Shown piece by piece: positions 27,770-40,200 of a stretch of 64,000 bases of DNA. This DNA comes from Octopus vulgaris. Lineage: Eukaryota. Position numbers and translations under genes: made by a program. The notes below the pieces were generated by a model. The model saw only the letters and a list, made by a program, of their open reading frames with translations. It was not told the origin of the DNA and ran no database searches. Every line of letters starts with the position of its first letter. The first letter of the stretch is position 1. The stretch spans positions 36,208,001 to 36,272,000 of the forward strand of contig OX597839.1 in assembly GCA_951406725.2 (NCBI GenBank), in the 5' to 3' direction.

Positions 27770-28310
27770 GATTTTTATTGAACCTAGAAAGATGAAAGGC
27801 AAAGTTGACTGTGGCAGAATTAGAACTTTGAACGTAAAGAACCAAAAGCAATGCTGCTTAGAATTTCATCTGATGCACTCACGATTGCTACCTTAATGAT
27901 AATCATTTCAAATTTTGGCACGGGTAGGTAGGTGTTTGTCAATTACATCAACCCCAGTTTATTGACCCCAGAGGGATGAGAAAGCGAGGCTGATCTCTGA
28001 GATTTGCACTCAAAATGTAAAGAGCTGGAAGAAACAACACAAGGTATTGTTTTCAATGATGTAAGCAATTCTGCTAATCCATCACCGCAATAACAATAAT
28101 TTCAAATTTTGGCCCATGACCAGCAGGTTTTGAGGTGGGCGGGAGGGGAGTCTATTACATTGATCCCCTGTACTTGTCTGATACATATATTTATTGATCC
28201 TGAAAGGATAAAAAGCGAAGTCAATCTCAGCAGAATTTGAATTCAGAATCTTCAGACAGATGAAATGCTGCTAAGCAATTTGTCTCGTGTGCCAACAGTT
28301 GTGCCACCTT
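27770..28310 (-). mobile_element. Cluster of three old family-2-related SINEs
   Basis: Repeated tttcaaattttggc...ttgacccc...gaaaggcaaagttgac motifs; similar clusters at 2155-2505, 6640-6828 and 48175-48500. Confidence 0.7.
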
Positions 28311-29712
28311 AATAATGATAATATTTTCAATAAGTTATTTGTGCTTAACAATATTATTTATTTGGTCAAATTTTGAATTCTTCAGATATTGTTTGTGAGA
28401 CAATTGAATTGTTTTAAGCAAGATAGAGTCGCCTTTTTAAAGGGCACACTGTTTTCTCATGAACAATAGTCAGGTAAAACTGCTGCACTTAGTTATAATA
28501 CTGGGAGCTCATCTAAAAATGTTCAGTGTGACTGCTGCATTGTTGAGAAAGCTATAGTCATATGTTTGCTTTCTGTTGGTTCAACTATTTCTCAAGTATC
28601 TACAATGGGGCCATCATTATATGCAGGTCGTTAAAGGGGTAAAAGGGAAACCAGCCCAAAACCATCTTCGTGTTTAGAAGTAAATTTGTTCTCGCCAATA
28701 TGAGGTGCATGCATAACTGCCTTGGGTTATGTTTCACCGTGCAACACCTTGGGCAAAAGTCTTCTGTCATAGCCCCAGGCTAACCAAAGCCTTTAGAGTG
28801 GATTTAGTAGACAGAAATTGAAAGAAGCCTGTTGTGTGTGTGTGTTTTGGCATCATCAGCATCATATAAGCAATGTTGTTTGCTTTTCAGTCTTCTATGG
28901 AAAACCTGTCTAGCTGGGGGGCGGGGGGGAATATTAACTTGCTTGGAATCAGGTGAGAGTGGGTGACAGGAAGAGCATCTGGCTGTGGAAAACCTGCCTC
29001 AACTAATTCCCTCTGACCTACGCAAGCATGGAAAAGTAGATGTTGAATGACGATGACAAAATTCACTCTGAAACTTTGTCCTCTCTCTCTCTCCCTCTCT
29101 CTGTGTCTGTCTGTCTGTCTCTTGTCTCTCTCATTACAATGGTCTCTAGCCATGAATCACTGTCACAGCCAGCAAATCTTCTGGAACTACATTCTCTAGA
29201 AGGAACTTAAGAGTAGACATCCAGAATGAGCAATGGCCACTGTCTTCTCCTCCTCTTGACACTAATAACTAGAATCCATTGAACATCATGTCCAAAGTAT
29301 TTAGTCATGGTCATGGTAAGAACTAATGTTAGAAACATAGTTAGTCATATCTTTGTGGAGACGTGTGGTGGCATAGTGACAGTGTTGCTGTTGGTGGCAG
29401 GGGCAACGGGGGTGGTGGTGGTGGTGTGATTAAGTAATTGAATTTCACAGATGAAGACATTTAGGTTAAAAACTGTCGAAGCAACACAAACAGGAATGTT
29501 TGTGTTATGTAATCTCATACTTAGGCACACACACACACACACACGCACTGTATAAATGTTAGCCGTGTGGAAGTAGGCTTTTCTCTGTTAATTGTATCAC
29601 TCAAACGTTTCTAGTTTGTCTTTTGATAAAAATCACTTGTTTATTATTGGTAGTAGCTGACTGGGATTTCAACGATGGACCTAGACGTTTTTATATGAAT
29701 CACATCATTTAA

Positions 29713-29932
29713 CCCTTTAGTGTTTAAACCAGCCATATCCGGCCCAAATATTCTAAAAGCTTTATATTCAAACTGTCGATATCTAGCCTCTCACACCTAA
29801 CCTACAATGTCCTGCTAAAAATAAACAATCACATCACTGAAACCTCAAAGCTACAAGATAATGCATGATTAATTCAAAACAATTTGAGTGAAAAAGCATT
29901 ATATTTAACAAAGTAATCTGAACACTAAAGGG
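29713..29932 (-). mobile_element. piggyBac-type MITE family B
   Basis: TTAA on both sides; perfect 12-bp TIR; reverse orientation. Confidence 0.9.
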
Positions 29933-30830
29933 TTAATGTTTCTTTTTTGCCATGTAGACCTGGGTTTTATGGTTTGACAGAAATCACTGAGCCATAGGAC
30001 TGCACCAAGCTCTAGTGTTAGCTTCAGCACGATTTCTATGGCTTGGTGCCCTTTCTAATGCCAACAGCTTTACAGTGTGTTACCAGGTGCTTTTTTTTTT
30101 GTTTCATGGCACCAGCACTACTGAGGCCACTGAATAGCTTGCAAGACAGGACTCCTTAACTGAGTGTGGTACTTGTATTGAAGGACAAGCAAAGGGGTCT
30201 TGCTGAAGTGGTGAATACATGGTATCGTCAGCTAGAGAGAGAGAAGACCAGAGAAGGTGGGTGCGTAGGAAAGTGCACTATAGCATGGAAAGGGTGTGAC
30301 GGATGATTAGAGACGAGAATTATGATGGATATATTAGTAGTAAGCATCTGTTGGTCTTGAGAGGCCATGGATTTGTGCTCGAAGAAATCGTGTCAGCTGC
30401 TGATGGTGGTGCAGTGTCTGTTGTGGCTGCACAGGCCCACACAGCAACTGCATTTGAAGGAGCACTCTGCCGGCAGTATCGGTTTTACTTTCTGTTGAGT
30501 GGATATAATTGATGTAAATAGAGATATAGAAATGGGGTTCTGTAACCTTCATACCTTTCTTTCAAGAGTCTTAGTTTAAGTGAACTAAAATAATCTTAAA
30601 TTTAAAGCTGCAGAATTGGTTCAGAAAACGTTTATAAATTGTTGATTTAGTTCCAACTTTATTGCATTAAATTTCCATAAAACCAATAAATAATCTAGTT
30701 GTTTAATAGAGGAGGTTTGCTTTGATCTAAAATACTTTAATGCCACCTCTCCTCCCTCGCATAGTCTTTTCTGTTTAGACTTGTTTGGATTTTTTCTCTC
30801 TCACCTGAACTGGTTTACACATGCTTGCGT

Positions 30831-30869
<39 letters not shown>

Positions 30870-31073
30870 CTCTAGCAAAAATATTTCCCACCATACGTCA
30901 TCACTCTGTTTTTGCATGGCAGACCGTCAATTCTTTGTTGTGTATCTTTTCAAATGTTGCCATGTCGTTCCAAATTAACATCCAGCAACACAGCTTTCTA
31001 CGAAAGTCTAGGATTATATAAAATATTATGAAATATGAAAAACGAAAAAAAAAAATGACTTGTAGAAATATAA

Positions 31074-31109
<36 letters not shown>

Positions 31110-31429
31110 TTATATTGTTTATTTAACCCCGTATTTATGTTTTACTCCTGCATTAAGTAAAAGAAGAAGCAAGACGTTTCAAGATCTCCGTGAAATTGAT
31201 TGTTCAGATGTGAACCCTCATCATTTATAACAAAAATGTCTGTAATTACTCATCAGTGTCACTCAAAAATGTCAGAGACTACTTGTATCTATTCTTTGAT
31301 TAAGATTCCAGTAATTGTTGTTGCTGTTGAACAGAATTATGATAAAAGATGTTCCATCCATGACCTTTGCTACTTGCCAATGTGCCCCCCCCCCTACAAG
31401 TGTGGTTTGTGGGAATTTGGTTGATGGTG

Positions 31430-31820
31430 CAGGCATGGTTCTGTGGTTCAGACATTTGCTTCACAACCACGTAGTTTCTGGTTCAGTCCCATTGCCTAGT
31501 ACCTTGGGCAAGTGTCTTTACTATATACCTAAGTTTATCAAAGCTTTGTGAGTGGATTGGTTGATGGAAATTGAAAGAAGCCTGATGTATAAGAATGTGT
31601 GTGTGTGTATGTGTTGTTTCTCCTTGTCTTGACACTGTGTGGTAGTTCTAAATGAAAGTCACTGTTAAGTACTTGGTGTTCATTTCCAATGTTTCCATGG
31701 GAAAACATACCTTTCTGAGAAACAGGTAAGGATTTGTGACTGGAAGGGCAGTCTGCCATAGAAAATCTACCCATACAAATTTCATATGACCCATATAAGT
31801 GTGGAAAACGATGACGATAA
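31430..31820 (+). mobile_element. SINE family 1b
   Basis: Same organisation as 11514-11940; further copies at ~28700-29057 and ~35770-36153. Confidence 0.7.
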
Positions 31821-31956
31821 TTTCTTAGTCAGTCAGGTGACTATGCAGAGGCTCCCTTGTTGGCTTGAACAAGGTCCTTGTTTATTGCAATAGTGAACTT
31901 CACTAAAGACCACTACAACTACTAGTTATTACATTTAAAACAATATAATACCACAG

Positions 31957-32296
31957 TGAAGGCGCATGGTTCAGTGGTTAGAGCGTCGAGCTTACGATTG
32001 TGAGGTTGTCAGCTCGAATCCTGGACCGGGCTGCGTGTTGTGTTCTTGAGCAAGACACTTTACTTCACGTTGCTCCAGTTCACTCAGCTGTAGAAATGAG
32101 TTGCGACGTCACGGGTGCCAAGCTGTATTGGCCCCATTGCCTTTCCCTTGGATAACACTTGTGGCATGGAGAGGGAAGGCCGGTATGCATGGGCGACTGC
32201 TGGTCTTCCATAAACCACCTTGCCCAGACTTGTGACTAGGAGGGTAACTTCCTAGGTACAATCCCATGGTCAGTGTCGTGACCGAAGGGGGTCCCG
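31957..32296 (+). mobile_element. tRNA-derived SINE family 3
   Basis: A box tggttcagtgg, B-box-like gctcgaatcc, core gtgttcttgagcaagacactt; 10-bp TSD aataccacag at 31947-31956 and 32297-32306. Confidence 0.85.
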
Positions 32297-32713
32297 AATA
32301 CCACAGGTAATTAAAACGATATACCTGTAACTTGAGTAGTTTGACTAAGTCATTTCTTCCTTGTTCTAACAATGATCTCTGATGACTAATTTTCTGTCAA
32401 TTTTCTTGATAATCTCAATGTTAGGGCTACATGCTGTCCTGAGCTCTCTCGCATATTCTATTTAATTTTATTTAACCCTTTTGTTACCACATTCCTGTTG
32501 AAATACACTGCCTTTGTTTCAATTAGTTAAAAAAAACGTCACAAAGAATTTAGTAAAATAAGTTTATCGTTATTAAAGCTGGTGATTGAAATTATAAATT
32601 GGTGTGAAATTTTGATGAATGATTTCAATTTAGATCCATTAAAGCCTTTTGTTATTATATTTCTGTTGAAATAAAGTGTTTGTTTCAATAAATCTTGGAA
32701 ATAGTGAACAATT

Positions 32714-32877
32714 GCGCAGGAGTGGCTGTGTGGTAAGTAGCTTGCTAACCAACCACATGGCTCCGGGTTCAGTTCCACTGCGTGGCATCTTGGGCAAGTG
32801 TCTTCTGCTATAGCCCTGGGCCGACTAATGCCTTGTGAGTGGATTTGGTAGACGGAAACTGAAAGAAGCCCGTCGTA

Positions 32878-32923
<46 letters not shown>

Positions 32924-33124
32924 TGTGTGTTTGTCCCCCTAGCATTGCTTGACAACCGATGCTGGTGTGTTTACGTCCCCGTCACTTAGCGGTTCGGCAA
33001 AAGAGACCGATAGAATAAGTACTGGGCTTACAAAGAATAAGTCCCGGGATCGATTTGCTCGACTAAAGGCGGTGCTCCAGCATGGCCGCAGTCAAATGAC
33101 TGAAACAAGTAAAAGAGTAAAAGA
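32714..33124 (+). mobile_element. SINE family 1, nested in MITE family C sequence
   Basis: Full-length copy; MITE sequence resumes after the tail. Confidence 0.9.
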
Positions 33125-33391
33125 AAGATAGAAGATAATTAAGTAAAATAACTTTCTCATTATTATAGCTGTGATTTGGAACATAAGATTAATAAAGTTT
33201 TCATGGAAAGTCTTAATTTAGGTCACGTAAAAACAAGGGGTTTGTATCGTAAAACAAAGGATGGTCTCTGGCAGGTTGCTATCAAAAGGGGGGTTAAAAC
33301 AGAATTTGTATCATGGAATCAAGGGCAATCGATGCTCTATCAAAAGGGGTTAATGTCTAAACTTTTATGTCTTTTGATGTCAGTTTGTTAA

Positions 33392-34029
33392 CCCTTTTGT
33401 TACTAACCCGGCCAAAACCGGTTCTGTTTCTGTGGTAAAATGTCTTGTTTTCATAAGTTTTGAATTAAAATCTTCCACCAAACCTTAATCACAATTTATG
33501 TTCCTAACACTAGTTGAATGATAACTAAGTTATTTTACTAAATTCTTTGTTATATTTAAAATAATTGAAAGAAACACAGAGTATCTCAAAATAAATATAG
33601 TAATATAGGCGCAGGAGTGGCTGTGTGGTAAGTAGCTTGTCTACCAACCACATGGTTCCGGGTTCAGTCCCACTGCGTGGCACCTTGGGCAAGTGTCTTC
33701 TACTATAGCCTCGGGCCGACCAAAGCCTTGTGAGTGGACTTGGTAGACGGAAACTGAAAGAAGCCCGTCGTATATATGTGTATATATATATATATATATA
33801 TGTGTGTGTTTGTGTGTATGTGTTTGTCCCCTAGAATTGTTTGACAACTGATGCTGGTGTGTTTACGTCCCCGTTACTTAGCGGTTCGGCAAAAGAGACC
33901 GATAGAATAAGTACTGGGCTTACAAAAAGAATAAGTCCCGGGGTCGAGTTGCTCGATTAAAGGCGGTGCTCCAGCATGGCCGCAGTCAAATGACTGAAAC
34001 AAGTAAAAGAGTAAAGAGTAATGAAAGGG
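33392..34029 (-). mobile_element. piggyBac-type MITE family A, interrupted by a SINE
   Basis: TTAA at 33388-33391 and 34030-34033; reverse orientation relative to 12428. Confidence 0.85.
33608..34016 (+). mobile_element. SINE family 1, nested in the TIR of a family A MITE
   Basis: Full-length; agtaat duplicated at 33599-33604 and 34017-34022. Confidence 0.9.
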
Positions 34030-34486
34030 TTAATATTTGCAGCAGTAGCCCTCATCACCTGATTCCTCTTTATTAACATGACAGATGGGTTGTCTTCTTT
34101 GTCTGTAGTTGTTGCTTAATCCTTCTGCATTCAGATTACTCTTCTCTCAAATGTAATGCTTATTTATTCACATTGTTTTGAATTAATCATGCATTATTTT
34201 GTAACTTCAAGATTTCAATGGGGGTGAGTATTCATTATTAGAATATTGTTGGGTAGGTGTGAGAAGGTAGATCTTTTAAAAGAGGTAGAATATCTGGGCC
34301 AGGCATGACTAGTTTAAAACAGTAAAGGATTAACCCTCAAAGCCTGTAGATGTATAGATTAAAGACTTTCCAGTCACACCCACTTTGTTGATTATTCAGA
34401 AATAGCTGATGTAAGACTATTGCTATTTAGAAATAGCAGTCAAGCGATCACCAAACACTCTTTTGTTGGTTTGCCTTATTACTATC

Positions 34487-34883
34487 TTTGCTCTTTTACT
34501 TGTTTCAGTCATTTGACTGCAGCCATGCTGGAGCACCGCCTTTAGTCGAGCAACTCGACCCCGGGACTTATTCTTTGTAAGCCCAGTAATTATTCTATCG
34601 GTCTCTTTTTGCCGAACCGCTAAGTGACGGGGACATAAACACACCAGCATCGGTTGTCAAGCAATGCTAGGGGGACAAACACAGACACACAAACACACAC
34701 ACGCATATATATATATATATATGACGGGCTTCTTTTCAGTTTCTGTCTACCAAATCCACTCACAAGGCTTTGGTTGGCCCGAGGCTATAGTAGAAGACAC
34801 TTGCCCAAGGTGCCACACAGTGGGACTGAACCCGGAACCATGTGGTTGGTTAGCAAGCTACTTACCACACAGCCACTCCTGCG
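34487..34883 (-). mobile_element. SINE family 1
   Basis: Full-length reverse copy ~470 bp from the + copy ending at 34016. Confidence 0.9.
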
Positions 34884-36154
34884 TATTAGTAGTTAGTATT
34901 TTTGGAATTTCTATGGTTTTTGTTTTTAAAAAAAATCATAACTGATCAGTGGCACCTTCTGGCCAGGAGGAGCCCTATTCTTTTAGTGTGTGTCGCATTT
35001 TCAAGTGGGGTCTTTTGGTTTTCTGGATATTGTGTTTCTATTGATCCAACTACAATAATTTTCTCTTGTGTTCTTTCTTAACACATACATATACACACAC
35101 ACACACACCTCCAGTCCTAGAATATCACTTGTTAAATCCGTCAAGTCTTTCTTCAGTTTATGACAGCCACCAACTTAATCTGTTTTAAATATCTCCTCTG
35201 GGATTTGTTTGGCCTCCAACATTGTCTTGGTAGCTGTTTCTTCAACATCAATTATAACCTGACACCAACTTGTTATGCAAGCTGGAACTTGTATCAGTGT
35301 TATTCTTATCAAAAAATAGCACTAATCAATGAAGGACAATCAGCTAAACAACACAACAACAACAACGATTTATTATCTTTTTTTTATTATTATTTTTACA
35401 ACTTGAATTTTTCCATGATGACAAGGCTTTTTCTATTTTCATAAGAGAAATGTGTTATCATGAAAAAAGATTTGTTAGAAAACACTTGAAAAAGTGGAGT
35501 TTATCACATTCTTAGCTATGTGAGTGTGTTATTATGTTAGTAGTATTCTGTTATCTAATAATATCGCCGAACCTTTAGGTTTAATTATAACTAATTTATA
35601 TTTAACGTCATAATTAACATTTTGTTCTTTTATTGCTTTGATTTCAACAATTCCAATTCTTATTAAAAAGGGCAAGAAAATTCCTATAGTTTACTACACC
35701 ATCAAAACCATCTCCTGTAATCAATCATGTGGGACCAGACCCTCACTGACCTGGGTGCACACACACACACGTAGGCTGTGTGATTAAGACATAACCACAG
35801 TGTGGTACCTTTGGACCAGCTATAATAACTCTGAGCCAACCAATGCCTCGTGAGTGCATTGGTAGATGGAAATTGCCAGAACATTATTGTGTGTGTGTGC
35901 GTGCACATGCCTTCCCTTTGCCTGGATATTTGCATGCTGATGATAAACAAAGTTGTTGTTCATACAAATAGTATCATTTGTTTATTGTCTTCCATGAAAA
36001 CATGTCCAGCTGTGGGGAAATATTGTTTTGGTCAGAAGTGGGTAGGAGCTAGCAACAAGAAGGGCATCCAACCATAGAAAATCTGCCCCAATAAACCGTG
36101 TCTGACTCGTAGTACAAGCATGGAAAAGTGAATGCTAAAATGATGATGATGATA

Positions 36155-36720
36155 CATCATTCTTCTGCCTGCTTTTCCATGTTTGCATTAGTTGGACAAA
36201 GTCCTCTCTAAAACAGCATCCTCACATTTCTTGTGTTCCTCTGTCATTTCTTTTGTGAGGTTTAACCTTCCTTAAGATCACTCTTCATCATTATGTCTCC
36301 AGGGATCAGCTAGCCAAGGCTGTCTGGTTCTTTCTGTTGTGTGCTTGAATGCATGCAAATCAGCCAGGTTCTTTTTTTCCAGTCCATTCTTTTGATGTTG
36401 TCACCAGTTCACAAATACCTTTACTTGGTCCCCTGCTGTCTTCTCCTCCTTACTTTCTCTCAAGATGATCTTGAACAATACTCCTTTTGTATTATACATC
36501 CAAAATATGATAACTTTGTGGTCTTGATTTTCGACAGCAGGTAGCATTTGGACTTTCAGCATTTCTAGTTCTGCAGTGTGTGTTACCCTGTCTTTCCAGC
36601 TTATTCTACCCGATCTATGAAAGATCCACATTACAAAGGTATCTGCTTCTTTTCCATTTCTCTGTACTTTGTCTGTCTACAATCAGTCTTTTTTACATCC
36701 TTACGATGGCTGTAGAGAAA
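36155..36720 (-). mobile_element. RTE-like LINE 3' fragments
   Basis: Minus strand shows a DNIK.EWTG-like motif and a 3' end catggaaaagcagg...gatgatg resembling the SINE (GAT)n tail. Confidence 0.5.
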
Positions 36721-37084
36721 TCGTTTAACAAAAACAGACTCAGAAATTTTTTTTTGTTCCATATTGAAATTAATTAGACTAATTGTTATTTCTCAGTGTC
36801 TCAATTGATTTAATTAGTTAAATTAGTAACGATATGTAGTTTATATATATTCCTTCTGTTCTATTCTACCACGGAATGTATCGGAAATATAATGCCTTGC
36901 TAGTTTGTACTGTAGCTCTTCAATATATGTTTATAGTAATACTTTGAGATGTTGAGTCACGGTTAAGATACCAGATCCTTTCTGTGTTTTGTCACAGGCA
37001 AATAAAGCTAATTCAGAAATTAGTTTTGCTACCATTCATGTGGTTTTTATTTCTAGAGTAAGTAATATGAGTGCACAGTGTGTA

Positions 37085-37134
<50 letters not shown>

Positions 37135-37147
37135 TATATACACATAT

Positions 37148-37354
37148 ACACAATGCAGCACGGGTTTTTGTCAGTGAACAGGTCGTGGATTTTAGCGACG
37201 AAAATATTTTGACAAATTAAACTTAAATGTTGAAGTGAATCGAACGGCTTTTGTGTGTTTCTTAAATGGCTTACAAACACCTTCCACGCTGCAATTGTTT
37301 TCGTTCCAGCACACGATCTCAGATCAAATCACTTGCTATGTGAGTACACCTCCG

Positions 37355-37356
<2 letters not shown>
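37148..37356 (+). mobile_element. ~210-bp non-autonomous Penelope-like element carrying a hammerhead fold (copy 1)
   Basis: Closely similar to 59571-59779; embedded between (TA)n tracts. Confidence 0.55.
37167..37216 (+). ncRNA. Minimal type I hammerhead-like ribozyme, G3-C8 core variant
   Basis: Stem I tttgtca/tgacaaa; core GUGAACA; one extra G; stem II gtcgt/gcgac; GAAA; palindromic stem III aatatt; U at position 17. Confidence 0.6.
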
Positions 37357-37410
<54 letters not shown>

Positions 37411-37693
37411 ATAAGCAAGTTAGGCGAGTCGATATACAAAAAAATATTAAATACATTTAATAGAAAAAGTGTACATATGTTTACATATAAAAAAGGTCTG
37501 ACTTAACACAGAATAGAAATGATGTGAGGAATTAAAAGCGGTTGATTAAGAGTTTTGAGCTGTTTCTAGAGGCTTGGTGGTCTAAAATAGCGATTGTAAA
37601 TTGATTCTATCATCGGATAATACCAGCCTCCGTCATCAGGGAAGAAGTTTTACATTTGATGTGTTGACAGAAAGGAGATCAAAGATGGATATA

Positions 37694-38077
37694 TGCTTCC
37701 CAACCTCGGGGTTCTGGGTTCATTTCCACTGTGTGGCACCTTGGGCAAGTGTCTTCTACTATAGCCTCAAAGCTAAAGCTTTGTATGTGAATTGGTAGAC
37801 GGAGACTGAAAGAAGCCCGTCATATGTGTTTGTGTGTTTGTAAGAGAGAGGGCCTTTGTGTCTGTGTTTGTCCCCCTCCTCCCTCACCACTACCACCTGT
37901 CAATCAGTGTTGGTGTGTTTATGTCCATGGAAATTAGCAGTTTGGCAAAAGAAACCCATAGAATAAGCACAAGGTTGAAAAAAGAAAAATAACTACTGGG
38001 GTCAGTTTGTTCGACTAAAATTCCTCAAGGTGGTGATCCAGCATGGCCACAGTCCTATGACTGGAACAAGTAAAAGA
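37694..38077 (+). mobile_element. Older SINE family 1 copy
   Basis: ggcaccttgggcaagtgtcttctactatagcc ... gcatggccacagtc...acaagtaaaaga. Confidence 0.8.
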
Positions 38078-39027
38078 ACAACAGAATATATTTAGCTTTG
38101 GGAACATGTTATTGCTCTCAAATGGGGACTAGGAGTAGTCTATTGGCTTGAAGCTGTAACATTTTCTGATGAACTTTCTGGTTCAGTATCCTCTTCCCAG
38201 GCACAGAACTATTCTGTTGAGTTTCCTGTTATTCACATGTTCTATTCTCATAGATTCCTACCTTGAACTGGTGCTCTCTAGACCCCATTACCATCACCTT
38301 GTTTTCCTATTTTCAGTCCTTTCAGCTTTCTGTCAATCATCAACATTCTTTGGATTTCTAGTTCTCTTATTTCCTTTCATTCTAGGCCCTTGTGTTACTG
38401 TGGCCTCAAGCCTTTGTTGGGACAAGTGTCTAATAGAAACTAGAAAGCTATGTAGAAATAAGAGTAGTAGTGGCCTAGTTTAATGCTAGAAACCAATCCC
38501 ATTGACATGGAAATAACTAAGTAGTCATCTGGATATCTTATATGTTTGCATTGAAATTAATTATCACATGATTATATTTTTTTATCCTGGTTGATGACTC
38601 TTGTTAAACTGACCTCTCACTTAGGTGTCTCTTAGTTTCCCATGTCAAAACAAGGCAACTATTTCATCATACAAACGGCTGCTTTATATGTTTGTATATA
38701 CAGAAATAGGTGCCCCACCCAAATACACATATACTGTACTAGAAACCTGTTTATTAAACTTACATATAATGCTGCTTTAGCAACTGCAATGACATTTGGT
38801 TCATTTCTTTTTGTGATGATGGTAGACTTTTTTATCTGTTTCACCAGGGACATGTTTACTGCCACAGCTGGACAATGTTTTTTAATTTTTTTTATTCATT
38901 CTTTATTAACTGTCTATTGTCAGTGTGTCTGAGTATTGTATATATACATGAGTGGTATTCTATTGCCAGTCTGCTCAAGTGGTACTCTCTTGCAAGCATG
39001 ACCAAATAGTAACTTAGAATTTCCAAA

Positions 39028-39153
<126 letters not shown>

Positions 39154-39394
39154 AATGTTATCATTGGTCTTGTCTCAAGAGCTGTTCTTAAACAAGATTT
39201 ACTTCTCCTCAGCATATTAGAAATGGTTGACTTCTTTATAAATATCTTCTCTTAGAACAATACAAACCTAATTTCAGATCCATCAAGCAGTGTTGTAGGG
39301 ATGATAATTACCTACATAGGCATAAAGAAAAAGTTGGTGAGAGAACAGTTTGTTATATCAGTCTAAGGACATGACTGGAGCTGTATTTTTTTGA

Positions 39395-39931
39395 CTGGGG
39401 AGTTCAACTTCACCTTTTATCCTTTCAAGGTTGATTAAACTAATGTGTTGGTCAAGTATTGGGCCTGATGTAATTGACTACTCCTTCTCCTAAATTTTGA
39501 GGATTTGTGCCTGTATTTGGAAATATCTATAACTATTATTACAAAGGTGCTAATTTTTCAGAATCATTGGAATCACATGCAATTCCTTGTTTTCGCTCTT
39601 TCCATTTTGAGTTTGAATTCTGCTAAGGTCAACTTTGTTTTTCATTGTTTTGAAGTTGATAAAACAAGATGCCAATCATTTCCTCTATATAATAATCGAC
39701 TAACACCTGCCCTTCAAACTGGCCAGGTTTCTGCCTAAATCGGAAACCAATGTTGTTGTTGTTGTTATTGTGTGGCTTTCTTTTTTCATGTCCTGGGTTC
39801 AAATTCCTCTGAGGTCGACTTTGCCTTTCATCCTTTTGGAATCGATAAAATAAGTACCAGTTGTGTACTGGGGTTGATGTAATCGACTTACCTTTCCCCC
39901 CCTGAAATTGCTGACCTTGTGCCAAGATTTG

Positions 39932-39962
<31 letters not shown>

Positions 39963-40200
39963 TATTATGATTATTAAGGTGGTGAGCTGGGAGAATTGGT
40001 TTGGACACCAGACAAAATGCTTAGTGGCATTTCATCATTTGTACGTTCCGAGTTCAAATTCTACTGAGGTCAACTTTGCCTTTCACCCTTTTGGAGTCAA
40101 TAAAATAAGCATCAGTCGAGTACTGGGGTCGATGTAATCGACTAGCACCCTGACCCCTGTCAAATTTCAGACTTTGTGCCTATGATAGAGAGGATTATTA
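39395..40200 (+). mobile_element. Cluster of four old family-2-related SINEs
   Basis: Four successive ggtcaactttgcctttcatcc...ataaaataag blocks separated by simple-repeat tails. Confidence 0.7.

Noticed and set aside
31961-32030. tRNA gene
   Set aside because: tRNA-like head continues into a SINE body with a TSD; no proper cloverleaf or terminator.
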